In this document: piece after piece, positions 37,689-46,124 of the stretch
Numbering within the stretch: position 1 is the stretch's first letter
Layout of the letters: each line of letters starts with the position of its first letter
IMG/VR virus record: IMGVR_UViG_3300005764_000022
Span: 1 to 53,852 of that record
Reading direction: 5' to 3' (one strand)
Length of the DNA: 53,852 nt
Origin: a virus
Taxonomy: Duplodnaviria > Caudoviricetes
Notes under the pieces: model-generated
The model's database searches: none
Told to the model about the DNA's origin: nothing
What the model saw: only the letters and a program-made list of their open reading frames with translations
Program-made: the position numbers and the translations under genes

Positions 37689-37957
37689 TGTCCCTTCCAG
37701 TGACCCCGCTCGGCCAGATGCACGACGCCCACGCGAAAGCGGCCGTCGCGCTCAACGCCATGAAAAACAATCTCCTCGCGCTCTCTCGCCTGATGAATTG
37801 GGAGCAAGCGAAATGCGCCGGCTGCGACTGGCCGATCCTGCGCGTGAAACTTCCCACCGGCAAGATGGTCGCCTACGATGACGACCTCACGCCGCACTTT
37901 AAAACCTGCCCAGAAGCAGCTCTCTTTCGAAAGGACCGTAAACGCCATGGCCGATAA
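37688..37957 (+). CDS. Small Zn-binding protein
   Basis: CAGC...HFKTCP; GGAGG RBS. Confidence 0.7.
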   Translation: MSLPVTPLGQMHDAHAKAAVALNAMKNNLLALSRLMNWEQAKCAGCDWPILRVKLPTGKMVAYDDDLTPHFKTCPEAALFRKDRKRHGR

Positions 37958-38951
37958 TCCGACCCCAGTAATCACAGAACAGAACGAAGCGCCACCGAAG
38001 CCGTTGAGCGTGGCCGACGCGAAGGCAGCGGCTGCAGCGGCAGTCATCGTGCCGGACGAAGTGCGCAAGCTGCCCGGCGAACGCATTCCGCGGATCACAG
38101 CGGAGATGCTTCGCGACTTTCCGGACTCGGAGCGCCGGGACGCATTCCTCAAAGTGCTCCTCGACGCGGAGATGGTGCGCGAAGCCTTTGAGATGGACCA
38201 GCGCGCCGCGCGCATGTACGCGCTGTCGGGGCAGTTCACCGACATCAACGGGAACACGCTCGAGCAATCCATCGCGACCGCCATGGCGAAGATCGCCATT
38301 GGGCGCAGCTGGGGCCTGACCCAGGCCGATTCGATTAAGCACGTTTATTTCACCAACGGTCGGCCGGCGCTCGAAAACGATGTGATCGCGGGCAAGCTGG
38401 CGAACCAGGGTGTGGGATGGGACATCGAATGGCTCGAGGTCGAGGAACAGCACAAGGGCAAGAAGTGGAAGCGCTGTGTCGGTTGCACGCTATGGCTCAA
38501 GATGAAGGACGAAACCGGGAAGATGGTCCCGCTCCTGGGGCGCGACGGGAAACAGCTGAGTGAAACCTTTTCTGAGGGTGACGCGGACCACGCCATGATC
38601 TGGGAAAAGGGCAAGCAGATTCCGCTCACGGAGAAGTGGAATTTCAAAAGCTGGCCGCGGGACATGTATTACTGGCGCACCGTGAGCCGCGTGCGCAAGT
38701 ATCACTTCCCGAACGTGCTCCGCGGCGCGATCATGCGCGAGACCGCGATTGACGTCGAATTTGACGAGGTCCAGGCGCTCAACGCCGCAAGCGAAGCGCC
38801 GCAACCGGAGCCGCAGATTCCGGCCGGAAGTGTCGCAAGCGAAAACCCGGCGCTGTCCGCACTGAGGGAACAGGGATCGCTCCTCGTCGACGATGATCCG
38901 CTCGGCGCGAATGGGCCGGATGCTCAAGAGACCAGGCCTCGGAGAAAGTAA
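37947..38951 (+). CDS. recT: RecT/Redbeta-family ssDNA annealing protein
   Basis: AMAKIAIGRSWGL...NGRPAL and KWNFKSWPRDMYYWRTVSR...FPNVLRG; downstream of YqaJ. Confidence 0.72.
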   Translation: MADNPTPVITEQNEAPPKPLSVADAKAAAAAAVIVPDEVRKLPGERIPRITAEMLRDFPDSERRDAFLKVLLDAEMVREAFEMDQRAARMYALSGQFTDINGNTLEQSIATAMAKIAIGRSWGLTQADSIKHVYFTNGRPALENDVIAGKLANQGVGWDIEWLEVEEQHKGKKWKRCVGCTLWLKMKDETGKMVPLLGRDGKQLSETFSEGDADHAMIWEKGKQIPLTEKWNFKSWPRDMYYWRTVSRVRKYHFPNVLRGAIMRETAIDVEFDEVQALNAASEAPQPEPQIPAGSVASENPALSALREQGSLLVDDDPLGANGPDAQETRPRRK

Positions 38952-39175
38952 TGGCGAGACTTCGCGCAAGCCGGATCGTGCGGGACGGGGATGCGATCTA
39001 TCCCGCCGTTTTGTTCGAGCCCGATCCGGCGCGGCCGCTTGCGTCCGGAGCTTGCACTTACTGTCTGGGCGCGGGCAGCGTGGCGGAAGCGATTCACTCG
39101 GATCGTTTCGATGAGATCGTGAAATGCCCGCTTTGCCGGGGAACCGGCAAGCGTCCGACCGGAGCGGGCAAATGA
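38951..39175 (+). CDS. Small protein with DnaJ-type CxxCxGxG Zn finger
   Basis: CTYCLGAG and CPLCRGTG. Confidence 0.7.
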   Translation: MARLRASRIVRDGDAIYPAVLFEPDPARPLASGACTYCLGAGSVAEAIHSDRFDEIVKCPLCRGTGKRPTGAGK

Positions 39176-39269
39176 GGTTACGCGGCGAGGGTCCAATCCC
39201 CCCTTTTGACGACGCCGCGTATCAGGCGCGCGTGTGCTCACGGCTGCACCCTGGGGGTCGCGCGCGCCT

Positions 39270-39461
39270 ATGAACAAGCCACAGCACCGGGACGATGATC
39301 TGCGCCGCGGGCCCACGCCCGCGCAGCAGATCAAGATTGACGAGCAGCACGCTCTGTTCGACCGCTTTTGGAACGAGGAATGGTTGCCGCGGGCTCGAGC
39401 CCGCTTTCGGGCTGAAGAGGAACGGCAAGGGAGGACTGATGGAAAAGCAAGTTCTATTTGA
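39270..39461 (+). CDS. Hypothetical protein
   Basis: MNKPQHRDDD...; fits operon tiling. Confidence 0.55.
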   Translation: MNKPQHRDDDLRRGPTPAQQIKIDEQHALFDRFWNEEWLPRARARFRAEEERQGRTDGKASSI

Positions 39462-39807
39462 GAAGCGCCACGACTTCACGCAAGACGAGCTTCGCAAGCT
39501 TGGATCGGATCTCGCCAACGCGAATGCCGCGGTGTACGAGCTGCGGTCGACCAAAGACACCGAGACCAAGCGCCTCGCCGCTGAAATCAAGGACGCGGAA
39601 GAACGGGCCGCTTCCTTCACCCACAAAATTCGCGAGGGCTGGGAGATGCGCGAGGTCCCTTGCGTCGTGAAGCTCGATGCGCCCAGGCGCGGCATGGCTG
39701 AAATCGTCTCGATGGAAACCGGCGAGGTGCTCGACACCAGGCCAATGAAAGACGACGAAATGCAGAGCTTTTTTAGGTTCCAGAACGCGGAGGGACAGAC
39801 GCAGTGA
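39439..39807 (+). CDS. Hypothetical phage protein
   Basis: GGAGG RBS; coiled coil then IREGWEMREVPC...ETGEVLDTRPM. Confidence 0.75.
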   Translation: MEKQVLFEKRHDFTQDELRKLGSDLANANAAVYELRSTKDTETKRLAAEIKDAEERAASFTHKIREGWEMREVPCVVKLDAPRRGMAEIVSMETGEVLDTRPMKDDEMQSFFRFQNAEGQTQ

Positions 39808-39965
39808 AGGCTCTGGTTGCAATCGGCGGCGCGGCGGCCGCCATCGTGGTTCTCAATCTCGCGCTGGCCGTGCGCGTCCGCATAAAAACCAAGCGGGATC
39901 GTGAGCGCTGGAAGCTCGACCACAAGGAAGACATGGTGCGGCTGATGAACAGGGAGGGCCGGTGA
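39804..39965 (+). CDS. 53-aa N-anchored membrane peptide; absent from ORF track
   Basis: MKALVAIGGAAAAIVVLNLALAVRVRIKTKRD...; GTGA overlaps at both ends. Confidence 0.6.
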   Translation: MKALVAIGGAAAAIVVLNLALAVRVRIKTKRDRERWKLDHKEDMVRLMNREGR

Positions 39966-40246
39966 AAACAGAAATCTACAAATGCGACTGCTGCGGGAAA
40001 GAGAAGGACTCTTCCAATCACTGGTTTGGAATTGTGGTCGCGTCGAGCCGGCTCACCGTGGGGCCGCTCGAGGACGACATGAGCGCGGCGGCGCATAGCG
40101 GCCGCGCGGGACTCGCCTACACCTTCCATCTGTGCGGGGAGGCTTGTACGACCAAGATGGTGAGCAAGTTTTTAGGCGACGGCGCGATCCGGTGGCCCGC
40201 TGCGGAGATGCACGCCGATGTCCAAATAATGCCGTGCCGTGGGTGA
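39962..40246 (+). CDS. Small Zn-binding protein
   Basis: CDCC...HLCGEAC. Confidence 0.7.
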   Translation: MKTEIYKCDCCGKEKDSSNHWFGIVVASSRLTVGPLEDDMSAAAHSGRAGLAYTFHLCGEACTTKMVSKFLGDGAIRWPAAEMHADVQIMPCRG

Positions 40247-41466
40247 ACCATGTGGATCGCTCTGAGGAAATCCGCGGTCTTGGGCTCTGCTTCGGAGTCG
40301 GCGGCCTTGAGCTCGGACTTCGCATCGCACTGCCCGGATACCGGACCAGCTTTATTGCGGAAGGGGAAGCTTACGCCCTGGCAGCGGTTGCGGCGCGCGT
40401 CGACGAAGGTTCCCTGGATGAGTGCTTTGTTGCGCCGGATCTCCGCGAACTCGATGCCCGACCCCTGTGGGGAGCGGTGGACATTGCTACTGCGGGATTC
40501 CCCTGTCAGCCTCACTCCGTCGCCGGGAAGCGCCTTGGAACAGCAGATGAGCGATGGATCTGGCCGGACATCGCGCGGATCATCGGAGAGTGTAGAGCCC
40601 CTTGCGTGTTCCTCGAAAACGTTCCTGGACTCCTCCGGGACGCCGGTAGCGACGATCCTGACGGAAGGGATCTGGATGAGCCCGCAGATGACGTTGTTGG
40701 GGGATTCGGAGAAGTTCTCCGGTCTTTGGCCCAACTCGGGCTCCATGCGGAATGGTGTTGTGTCAGAGCGGCCGCAGTGGGCGCTTCGCACCAGCGCAAA
40801 CGAGTTTTCATTCTCGGATACCGGGAGCGGGACGAGCGATGGCGGCGCATCGCAGCAGTGGTCGACGCCCAACGCCAGGGACGAAAAGAACCCCGGAGCG
40901 CCGCACGGCGAGAGAGCGAAGCGCAAAGCAGAATTGGCCTGGACGGTGGACCTGAACGACCAGGCGGCGCAATGGGCGACGCCGAACGTGCCGAACGGCG
41001 GCCGGGTGTCGACGCGCGAGGAAGTGGAAGCCAGGGGCTCGACAGAGAAGGGGAAGCGCCAGATCGGGCTCGAGATGGAAGCTCTGTATTGGGCGTCCCC
41101 GCAAGCGCGGGACTTCCGGAGCGGAGAGACGATTCAGGATTACGGGAACGCGCGCCCGGAGGATTCGGAAAGCTGCGGGGCGCATCCGGCGGCGAAGGAT
41201 TCCCTGACCTCTCAATCCGCGTTCTGGGAGGCTTTGCCCCAGGTCCAGCCGACCCGGTCTGGCATGACGTGCTGGTGCGGAGCTTCTGGCTGCGTCCAGC
41301 CCTCGCACGTGCGGAAATTGAATCCGCTTTTCGTGGAGTGGCTGATGGGTTGGCCGCTCTATTGGCTCACCACCGAACCGACTGCCTTCGGGCGACCGGC
41401 AACGGATGCGTTCCTCTCCAGGCAGCGGCGGCTTTTGTGGAGCTTGTGCGGAGGGCAATGAAGTGA
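40243..41466 (+). CDS. DNA cytosine-5 methyltransferase, catalytic (alpha) chain lacking motif IX
   Basis: Motif I LCFGVGGLELG, IV AGFPCQPHS, VI FLENVPG, VIII HQRKRVF, X LRATGNGCVP. Confidence 0.9.
   Translation: MNHVDRSEEIRGLGLCFGVGGLELGLRIALPGYRTSFIAEGEAYALAAVAARVDEGSLDECFVAPDLRELDARPLWGAVDIATAGFPCQPHSVAGKRLGTADERWIWPDIARIIGECRAPCVFLENVPGLLRDAGSDDPDGRDLDEPADDVVGGFGEVLRSLAQLGLHAEWCCVRAAAVGASHQRKRVFILGYRERDERWRRIAAVVDAQRQGRKEPRSAARRESEAQSRIGLDGGPERPGGAMGDAERAERRPGVDARGSGSQGLDREGEAPDRARDGSSVLGVPASAGLPERRDDSGLRERAPGGFGKLRGASGGEGFPDLSIRVLGGFAPGPADPVWHDVLVRSFWLRPALARAEIESAFRGVADGLAALLAHHRTDCLRATGNGCVPLQAAAAFVELVRRAMK
40250..41461 (+). CDS. Overlapping +1-frame chain (beta) of the C5 methyltransferase carrying TRD-like repeats and motif IX
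   Basis: 403 stop-free codons; WSTPNARD/WATPNV/WASPQARD; RKLNPLFVEWLMGWP; analogous to M.EcoHK31I beta. Confidence 0.8.
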   Translation: MWIALRKSAVLGSASESAALSSDFASHCPDTGPALLRKGKLTPWQRLRRASTKVPWMSALLRRISANSMPDPCGERWTLLLRDSPVSLTPSPGSALEQQMSDGSGRTSRGSSESVEPLACSSKTFLDSSGTPVATILTEGIWMSPQMTLLGDSEKFSGLWPNSGSMRNGVVSERPQWALRTSANEFSFSDTGSGTSDGGASQQWSTPNARDEKNPGAPHGERAKRKAELAWTVDLNDQAAQWATPNVPNGGRVSTREEVEARGSTEKGKRQIGLEMEALYWASPQARDFRSGETIQDYGNARPEDSESCGAHPAAKDSLTSQSAFWEALPQVQPTRSGMTCWCGASGCVQPSHVRKLNPLFVEWLMGWPLYWLTTEPTAFGRPATDAFLSRQRRLLWSLCGGQ

Positions 41467-42512
41467 GCTTGACAGATCTAGCGCCAATCGAAAAAACATC
41501 GCCGGATCTGATCCGGCAGTCGGAGCGGCTACTGGAGCAAGCGCATACGCTCAATGAGGTTCTGCACGTGCGTCAGATTGCGAAAGCCGCGACGCAGTAT
41601 TACCGGGCCGCGAACCAGGCGCGCTACGTAGTAATCGAAGCCCAATCTCTAACGCTCAAAGCAGAACGCCGCGCGGGTGAGATTTTGAAGCTGACGCGGG
41701 AGAGCGGGGAAAGGGCGACGGCTTCAGGGAATCTTCGAATTGGCCCGAAGTCCCCGGAAGGTACTTCGGAAAAGCCCCTGCTCGCCGATCTCGCGATCAC
41801 CCGCAAGCAATCGAGCCTATGGCAGCGCATTGCGGACGTTCCAAAGAAAGTCTTCGAGAAGTATGTGTCTAAGCCGACAGACCACCTCAAGGACATGACC
41901 GCGACGGGGCTACTCAGGGAAGCGAAAGAAGCGACACGCCAACAGTGGAGAGATGCGAACGCCGAAATGGTCGACAAGTCGCCGACCATCATCGCCACGA
42001 CAAAGGGGCGCGAATTCAGCGCCATTGTTATTGATCCGCCGTGGGATTGGGGCGATGAGGGGGATTTCGACCAAATGGGCCGGGCGCTCCCGCAATACAA
42101 AACCATGCCATTCGCGGAGCTCCGCGCTCTCGATATTCCCGCAAACGACAATGCGCACCTGTATCTGTGGATTACGAACCGCTCACTTCCGAAGGGCTTT
42201 CAGCTTCTGGATGATTGGGGGTTCCGGTACGTGACGATGCTCACCTGGGTGAAGCCGTCTTTCGGTATGGGCAATTATTTTCGCGGATCTACCGAGCACG
42301 TTCTGTTTGGTGTCCGCGGATCTCTCCAGTTGTTGCGGCGCGATGTGGGAACGCATTTTACTGGCGCCCGCGGCGGCAAGAAGCACTCTTCGAAGCCCGA
42401 AGCGTTTTACAAGCTCGTGGAAACATGTTCGCCGGGACCGTGGCTTGAGATGTTCGCACGAGGCCAGCGCAAGGGCTGGACGTCCTGGGGGGCAGAGGCG
42501 ATCCAAGAATGA
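41463..42512 (+). CDS. MT-A70 family N6-adenine methyltransferase with helical N-terminal domain
   Basis: IVIDPPW, HLYLWITN, GMGNYFRGSTEHVLFG, HSSKPE, LEMFAR. Confidence 0.93.
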   Translation: MSLTDLAPIEKTSPDLIRQSERLLEQAHTLNEVLHVRQIAKAATQYYRAANQARYVVIEAQSLTLKAERRAGEILKLTRESGERATASGNLRIGPKSPEGTSEKPLLADLAITRKQSSLWQRIADVPKKVFEKYVSKPTDHLKDMTATGLLREAKEATRQQWRDANAEMVDKSPTIIATTKGREFSAIVIDPPWDWGDEGDFDQMGRALPQYKTMPFAELRALDIPANDNAHLYLWITNRSLPKGFQLLDDWGFRYVTMLTWVKPSFGMGNYFRGSTEHVLFGVRGSLQLLRRDVGTHFTGARGGKKHSSKPEAFYKLVETCSPGPWLEMFARGQRKGWTSWGAEAIQE

Positions 42513-43057
42513 AGGCTCCGCGAAACTTCGACTTCAACGAGCGCCTTGCGTTCAGCAACGGTTACACGCGCGATGTCGATAACACGCTTACATTTCTGCG
42601 GCATCGCATTCCATGCTTTGCGGGCGTGCGAAAGGCGGCTGAACTGAACGATAAGCGCGGTTGCGATTACTACGTCGAACGCACCGGCCTGTACAGTCTC
42701 GGTATCGACCTGAAGCTCCGCGGAGAAGATTTTAGCGTTCAAGGAAGCGATGATCTCGCTCTTGAAACCTTTAGCGTGATCGAAACTGAACAAGTCGGCT
42801 GGACGCGCGATGCTTCTAAGGCGGCCGATTACATTCTCTGGATTTGGAAAGATACGGGGCGCTTCTTTTTAGTGCCATTCCCGCCATTGTGCGCTGTGTT
42901 TCAGAAGCACTGGCAGGAGTGGCGATGTCGGTACAAGACAGCGCAGCAGAGAACGTCGGGGCCGCGGTCTCGATGGCACTCGGAGTGCGTCTACGTTCCT
43001 CGTCAAACCGTAATAAACCATATCGAAAAGTGGATGAGCGGAAAGGATGCCTCGTGA
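42509..43057 (+). CDS. Putative PD-(D/E)xK nuclease-like protein
   Basis: DKRGCDY...IDLKLR...DLALET...GWT...ADYILW; coupled to MT-A70. Confidence 0.6.
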   Translation: MKAPRNFDFNERLAFSNGYTRDVDNTLTFLRHRIPCFAGVRKAAELNDKRGCDYYVERTGLYSLGIDLKLRGEDFSVQGSDDLALETFSVIETEQVGWTRDASKAADYILWIWKDTGRFFLVPFPPLCAVFQKHWQEWRCRYKTAQQRTSGPRSRWHSECVYVPRQTVINHIEKWMSGKDAS

Positions 43058-43155
43058 AACACCACAGCGACCAGCAAATTCTCGATTGGCTCGAAGAGCA
43101 CGCCAACGAAATCAACGTGCTCCAGTACGGTTTAGCTCAACTGGAAAGTAGATGA
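43054..43155 (+). pseudogene. 33-aa truncated paralogue of the gene at 43606
   Basis: HHSDQQILDWLEEH versus HQSDQRILDWLNEH. Confidence 0.55.
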
Positions 43156-43652
43156 GAACGCGCAACCTCTTCATGGGCACGACCATGATTCCCGCGCTTC
43201 AGACGGCGGGCGAAATCTCTACGGCGCTCGTCGCCGCGGGCGCCACGTCGATCAACACCGATTACGAGAACGGCCGCATCGTGGGGCTCGACTGGCGCAT
43301 GGACATCGGCCGCGGGCAAGACGGCATTTTCAAGATGCCGGTGCGCGTGGATCCGATCTTTCGGATGCTCAACGAGGCTCGAACGGATCCGGTCAAGTGG
43401 CAGGAGCGCGATTACGAACAAGCCGAGCGCGTTGCCTGGCGCCAGCTCCTGCGGTGGGTCCAAGCGCAGTGCGCATTTATCGAAACCGATATGGTCAGCC
43501 CCGCGGAAGTGTTTGCCCCTTACCTCATCGTGGGCAACAACGGAGAAACGCTTTACGAAGTGATGATCAACGCCAAGTTCAAACTGCTTGAGAAAGGAAC
43601 AGAGAATGCCTCAACAACTAATCCCGCACCAGAGCGATCAAAGAATTCTTGA
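43152..43652 (+). CDS. Conserved hypothetical phage protein
   Basis: TAGEI...QAERVAWRQLLRWVQAQCAFIET..V...EVFAPY pattern familiar from phage early regions. Confidence 0.78.
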   Translation: MRTRNLFMGTTMIPALQTAGEISTALVAAGATSINTDYENGRIVGLDWRMDIGRGQDGIFKMPVRVDPIFRMLNEARTDPVKWQERDYEQAERVAWRQLLRWVQAQCAFIETDMVSPAEVFAPYLIVGNNGETLYEVMINAKFKLLEKGTENASTTNPAPERSKNS

Positions 43653-43836
43653 CTGGCTCAACGAGCACTGCTGGGAAGTCGCCATTACGCGCGACCTCGA
43701 AGAGGGCCCGGTTTTCAAGATCACCTGGGATCACGCGGCGACCGGCCGCATGACCGAAGTGAGGGGCCCGAGCCTTCGGGAAGCCGCGCGCAAAGCCATG
43801 TTCGCGGACGAGAAGGTGTTAAGGCAGCCGGCATGA
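43606..43836 (+). CDS. Hypothetical phage protein
   Basis: GAAAGGA RBS; DQRILDWL...SLREAARKAM. Confidence 0.72.
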   Translation: MPQQLIPHQSDQRILDWLNEHCWEVAITRDLEEGPVFKITWDHAATGRMTEVRGPSLREAARKAMFADEKVLRQPA

Positions 43837-44042
43837 CCCTTACGAAAGCCTGGTGGAGCCGCTATCGCGGCCGGTTCACGGAAGACGAAAAGCATGAACT
43901 GCGCGAGGCGATCAGTCATCAGCTGATGGTGCCGCCCGGCTGGTTGCTGCATGAGTCGAAAATCTCCCTTGCGACGCGCGCGAAGATCGAAAGCCTTCGC
44001 CAGCAGGTTCGCCAGCCGCGCAAGGGGCCGGAGGCTGCATGA
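43833..44042 (+). CDS. Hypothetical protein
   Basis: ATGA coupling. Confidence 0.6.
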   Translation: MTLTKAWWSRYRGRFTEDEKHELREAISHQLMVPPGWLLHESKISLATRAKIESLRQQVRQPRKGPEAA

Positions 44043-44066
44043 AATGACACGTATTAAAATAGCCTT

Positions 44067-44417
44067 ATGCAAAAACACACAAACCCCATTCCCCATGGGA
44101 TGGGTTCCGTACAGATGCGAGGGGCTAAGTATTGGCTCGTTTACCGCGGAGTGGATGGAAAGCGCGTCCAGTCTAACTCGTACACCGCTGACCGCACCAT
44201 GGCCGAACGCCTTTTGCTCGGCCACATTATCGACGTCCAAACCGTTCGCCTTCAGGAGTTAAAAGCCCTGTATGCCGAACGAAAGCTCGAAACCACCGAT
44301 CCAGGTGGAACTGGAATTGGGCGAAGTCGAAGCGCCCGACAAAGCGGCGGACCTGATCCGGCGAATGCTACGAGCCGTGGCGCTCGAGGCGGAACTCGAC
44401 GCGCGGGAGGCCGGTAA
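44067..44417 (+). CDS. Stand-alone protein resembling the arm-binding N-terminus of tyrosine integrases
   Basis: GSVQMRGAKYWLVYRGVDGKRVQSNSYTADRTMAERLL three-strand plus helix pattern; C-terminal tail overlaps the next ORF. Confidence 0.55.
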   Translation: MQKHTNPIPHGMGSVQMRGAKYWLVYRGVDGKRVQSNSYTADRTMAERLLLGHIIDVQTVRLQELKALYAERKLETTDPGGTGIGRSRSARQSGGPDPANATSRGARGGTRRAGGR

Positions 44418-44433
44418 ACGTGACGCAGCCTAA
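44272..44433 (+). CDS. 53-aa ORF overlapping the recombinase start (candidate directionality factor); absent from ORF track
   Basis: MPNESSKPPIQVELELGEVEAPDKAADLIRRMLRAVALEAELDAREAGKRDAA; AGGAG upstream. Confidence 0.55.
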   Translation: MPNESSKPPIQVELELGEVEAPDKAADLIRRMLRAVALEAELDAREAGKRDAA

Positions 44434-46072
44434 AGCGGCATTCAGCGACGCGGGCGCGAACCTTGGGTACATCCGTGTATCGACGCTCGACCAGTCCAAG
44501 AAATTCTCGCCCGATACGCAGCGCGATGCGATTAGTTGGCTTGCCCAGGGCAACAGCCATATACTCAGCGAAGTCTATGAGGATCACGAGACGGCGACCA
44601 GCGTGAACCGCAAAGACTTCCAGCGGCTCTATGCGCGGGTTATGGCTGGGGGGGTCGCCAATGTTTACTTCCCCTACGTGGACCGATTCGCGCGGAACAC
44701 AGAGGATGCGCTCCGTGTTGCGCGGGAGTTTAAGACCAAAGGCGCGCGGCTGCATTTTGGCGATATGCCGGGCCTCGACATCACCACGCCCGAGGGCCAG
44801 CTGCTCTTTACCAACTACGCGAGTTTCGCCACGTTCGAGCACGCCCGGTCGCGGCTCCGCTCGATAACCAACCGGGCGAAGAAAATGGACCGCGGACGGC
44901 CGGACTCTTGGAATCTCCCCATAGGCTTTCGCGTGGTCGACGATTGCCCCTTGATCGACGAAGAGCGCGCCAAGATGGTGCGCCTCATTTTTCAGTGGCG
45001 GGCTTACGGTCTGCCTGGGTCTAGCGAACCGGCATCGGTCTACGCCATCGCAGGTCAGCTATTGCGCATGGGCTTTAAGCCGGCGCGCAAGGGAAAGTTT
45101 TTCCGCGCCAACACTGTCACGAACATTCTCAGGAACGAAGCCTATATTGGCCGGTACCTGCGCTGCGGCCGGCTGTGGGCCATTACCGACAAAGACGGCA
45201 AGCTTCTCACCATCGTGGAGTCCGAATTGTTCTACCGGGTCCAGAAGATGATGCCGACCGTCAAAAGAGCCAAGGTCGGGCGGCCGCAAGCCGACGGCAA
45301 CAAGCACAAGGCGCTTCTGTGGCAATACCTGTGGTGCGGCGCCAAAAACGAGCGCGGCAAGGTTTGCGAGGGCCGCATGATCGGCTCGAGCACGACCTGG
45401 AAAGGGGAGCTCAAACGATACTACGCTTGCCGGAATTTCGTTCAGCGGCGCAATCCGGAAGTCGGGCCCACCTGCCAGGTGAAGCGCATCCTGGTGGAGC
45501 CGATAGATAACGCGGTGTTCGCCGCGGTATGGGCGCTTTTGAAAGATCCGGCGCGGGTGCGTAAACTGGCCGTTGCCCTCGCTGGCGAGGAGGCCGAAAA
45601 AATGGCGGCCAAAAATCAAAGCGATCCCCGGGAAGCGCTGAAGGCGGCGCGGCTCGAAGAAGGCCGGGTTATGCGCATGATCCAGCGCGGCGACTACCAG
45701 GATGAGGAGCAAGGCTCTCGCGAACTCAAAAAATTGCGTGGGCGCATCGCGATTCTCGAAAACGAAGCTCGTTCGGTTTCCAAGGTGATCGAGGTTGCGC
45801 CGATGGATCTGATCGAAAGCGTGTGCTTGTCGATTGCGGGGGCCAAAGAGCCGACCCGTTACGAGACCCGTCGCATCGTTTTGGAGGGCTTGCTAGACTT
45901 CAAAGTCGTGCTTAACGGGAAGGTTGCCACTGTATCGGGCGCCATCCCCATATCCACTCAGGCCGTACCAGTGGCGGGCGGCGGGAAAAGAATTGTTCAA
46001 ACCGGTTTACCGGTCAGACCAATTCTTTTTGAACCGATCCCATTCGTTATCAACGTGGGAATCGCTGCATGA
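44420..46072 (+). CDS. Large serine recombinase (integrase)
   Basis: GYIRVSTLDQ catalytic Ser, VDRFARN, PIGF, ILRNEAYIG, Zn-ribbon cysteines, coiled coil. Confidence 0.94.
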   Translation: MTQPKAAFSDAGANLGYIRVSTLDQSKKFSPDTQRDAISWLAQGNSHILSEVYEDHETATSVNRKDFQRLYARVMAGGVANVYFPYVDRFARNTEDALRVAREFKTKGARLHFGDMPGLDITTPEGQLLFTNYASFATFEHARSRLRSITNRAKKMDRGRPDSWNLPIGFRVVDDCPLIDEERAKMVRLIFQWRAYGLPGSSEPASVYAIAGQLLRMGFKPARKGKFFRANTVTNILRNEAYIGRYLRCGRLWAITDKDGKLLTIVESELFYRVQKMMPTVKRAKVGRPQADGNKHKALLWQYLWCGAKNERGKVCEGRMIGSSTTWKGELKRYYACRNFVQRRNPEVGPTCQVKRILVEPIDNAVFAAVWALLKDPARVRKLAVALAGEEAEKMAAKNQSDPREALKAARLEEGRVMRMIQRGDYQDEEQGSRELKKLRGRIAILENEARSVSKVIEVAPMDLIESVCLSIAGAKEPTRYETRRIVLEGLLDFKVVLNGKVATVSGAIPISTQAVPVAGGGKRIVQTGLPVRPILFEPIPFVINVGIAA

Positions 46073-46075
46073 ACT

Positions 46076-46107
46076 CTCACCCGGTTACATCCTCCGGACC
46101 GGGTGAG
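46076..46107. repeat. Perfect 10-bp inverted repeat directly after the recombinase
   Basis: CTCACCCGGT-N12-ACCGGGTGAG; no T tract. Confidence 0.8.
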
Positions 46108-46124
46108 CCGCATGGGGCGGGTTT

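Noticed and set aside
46076-46107. Intrinsic terminator after the recombinase
   Set aside because: No T tract on either strand; kept as an inverted repeat and att candidate
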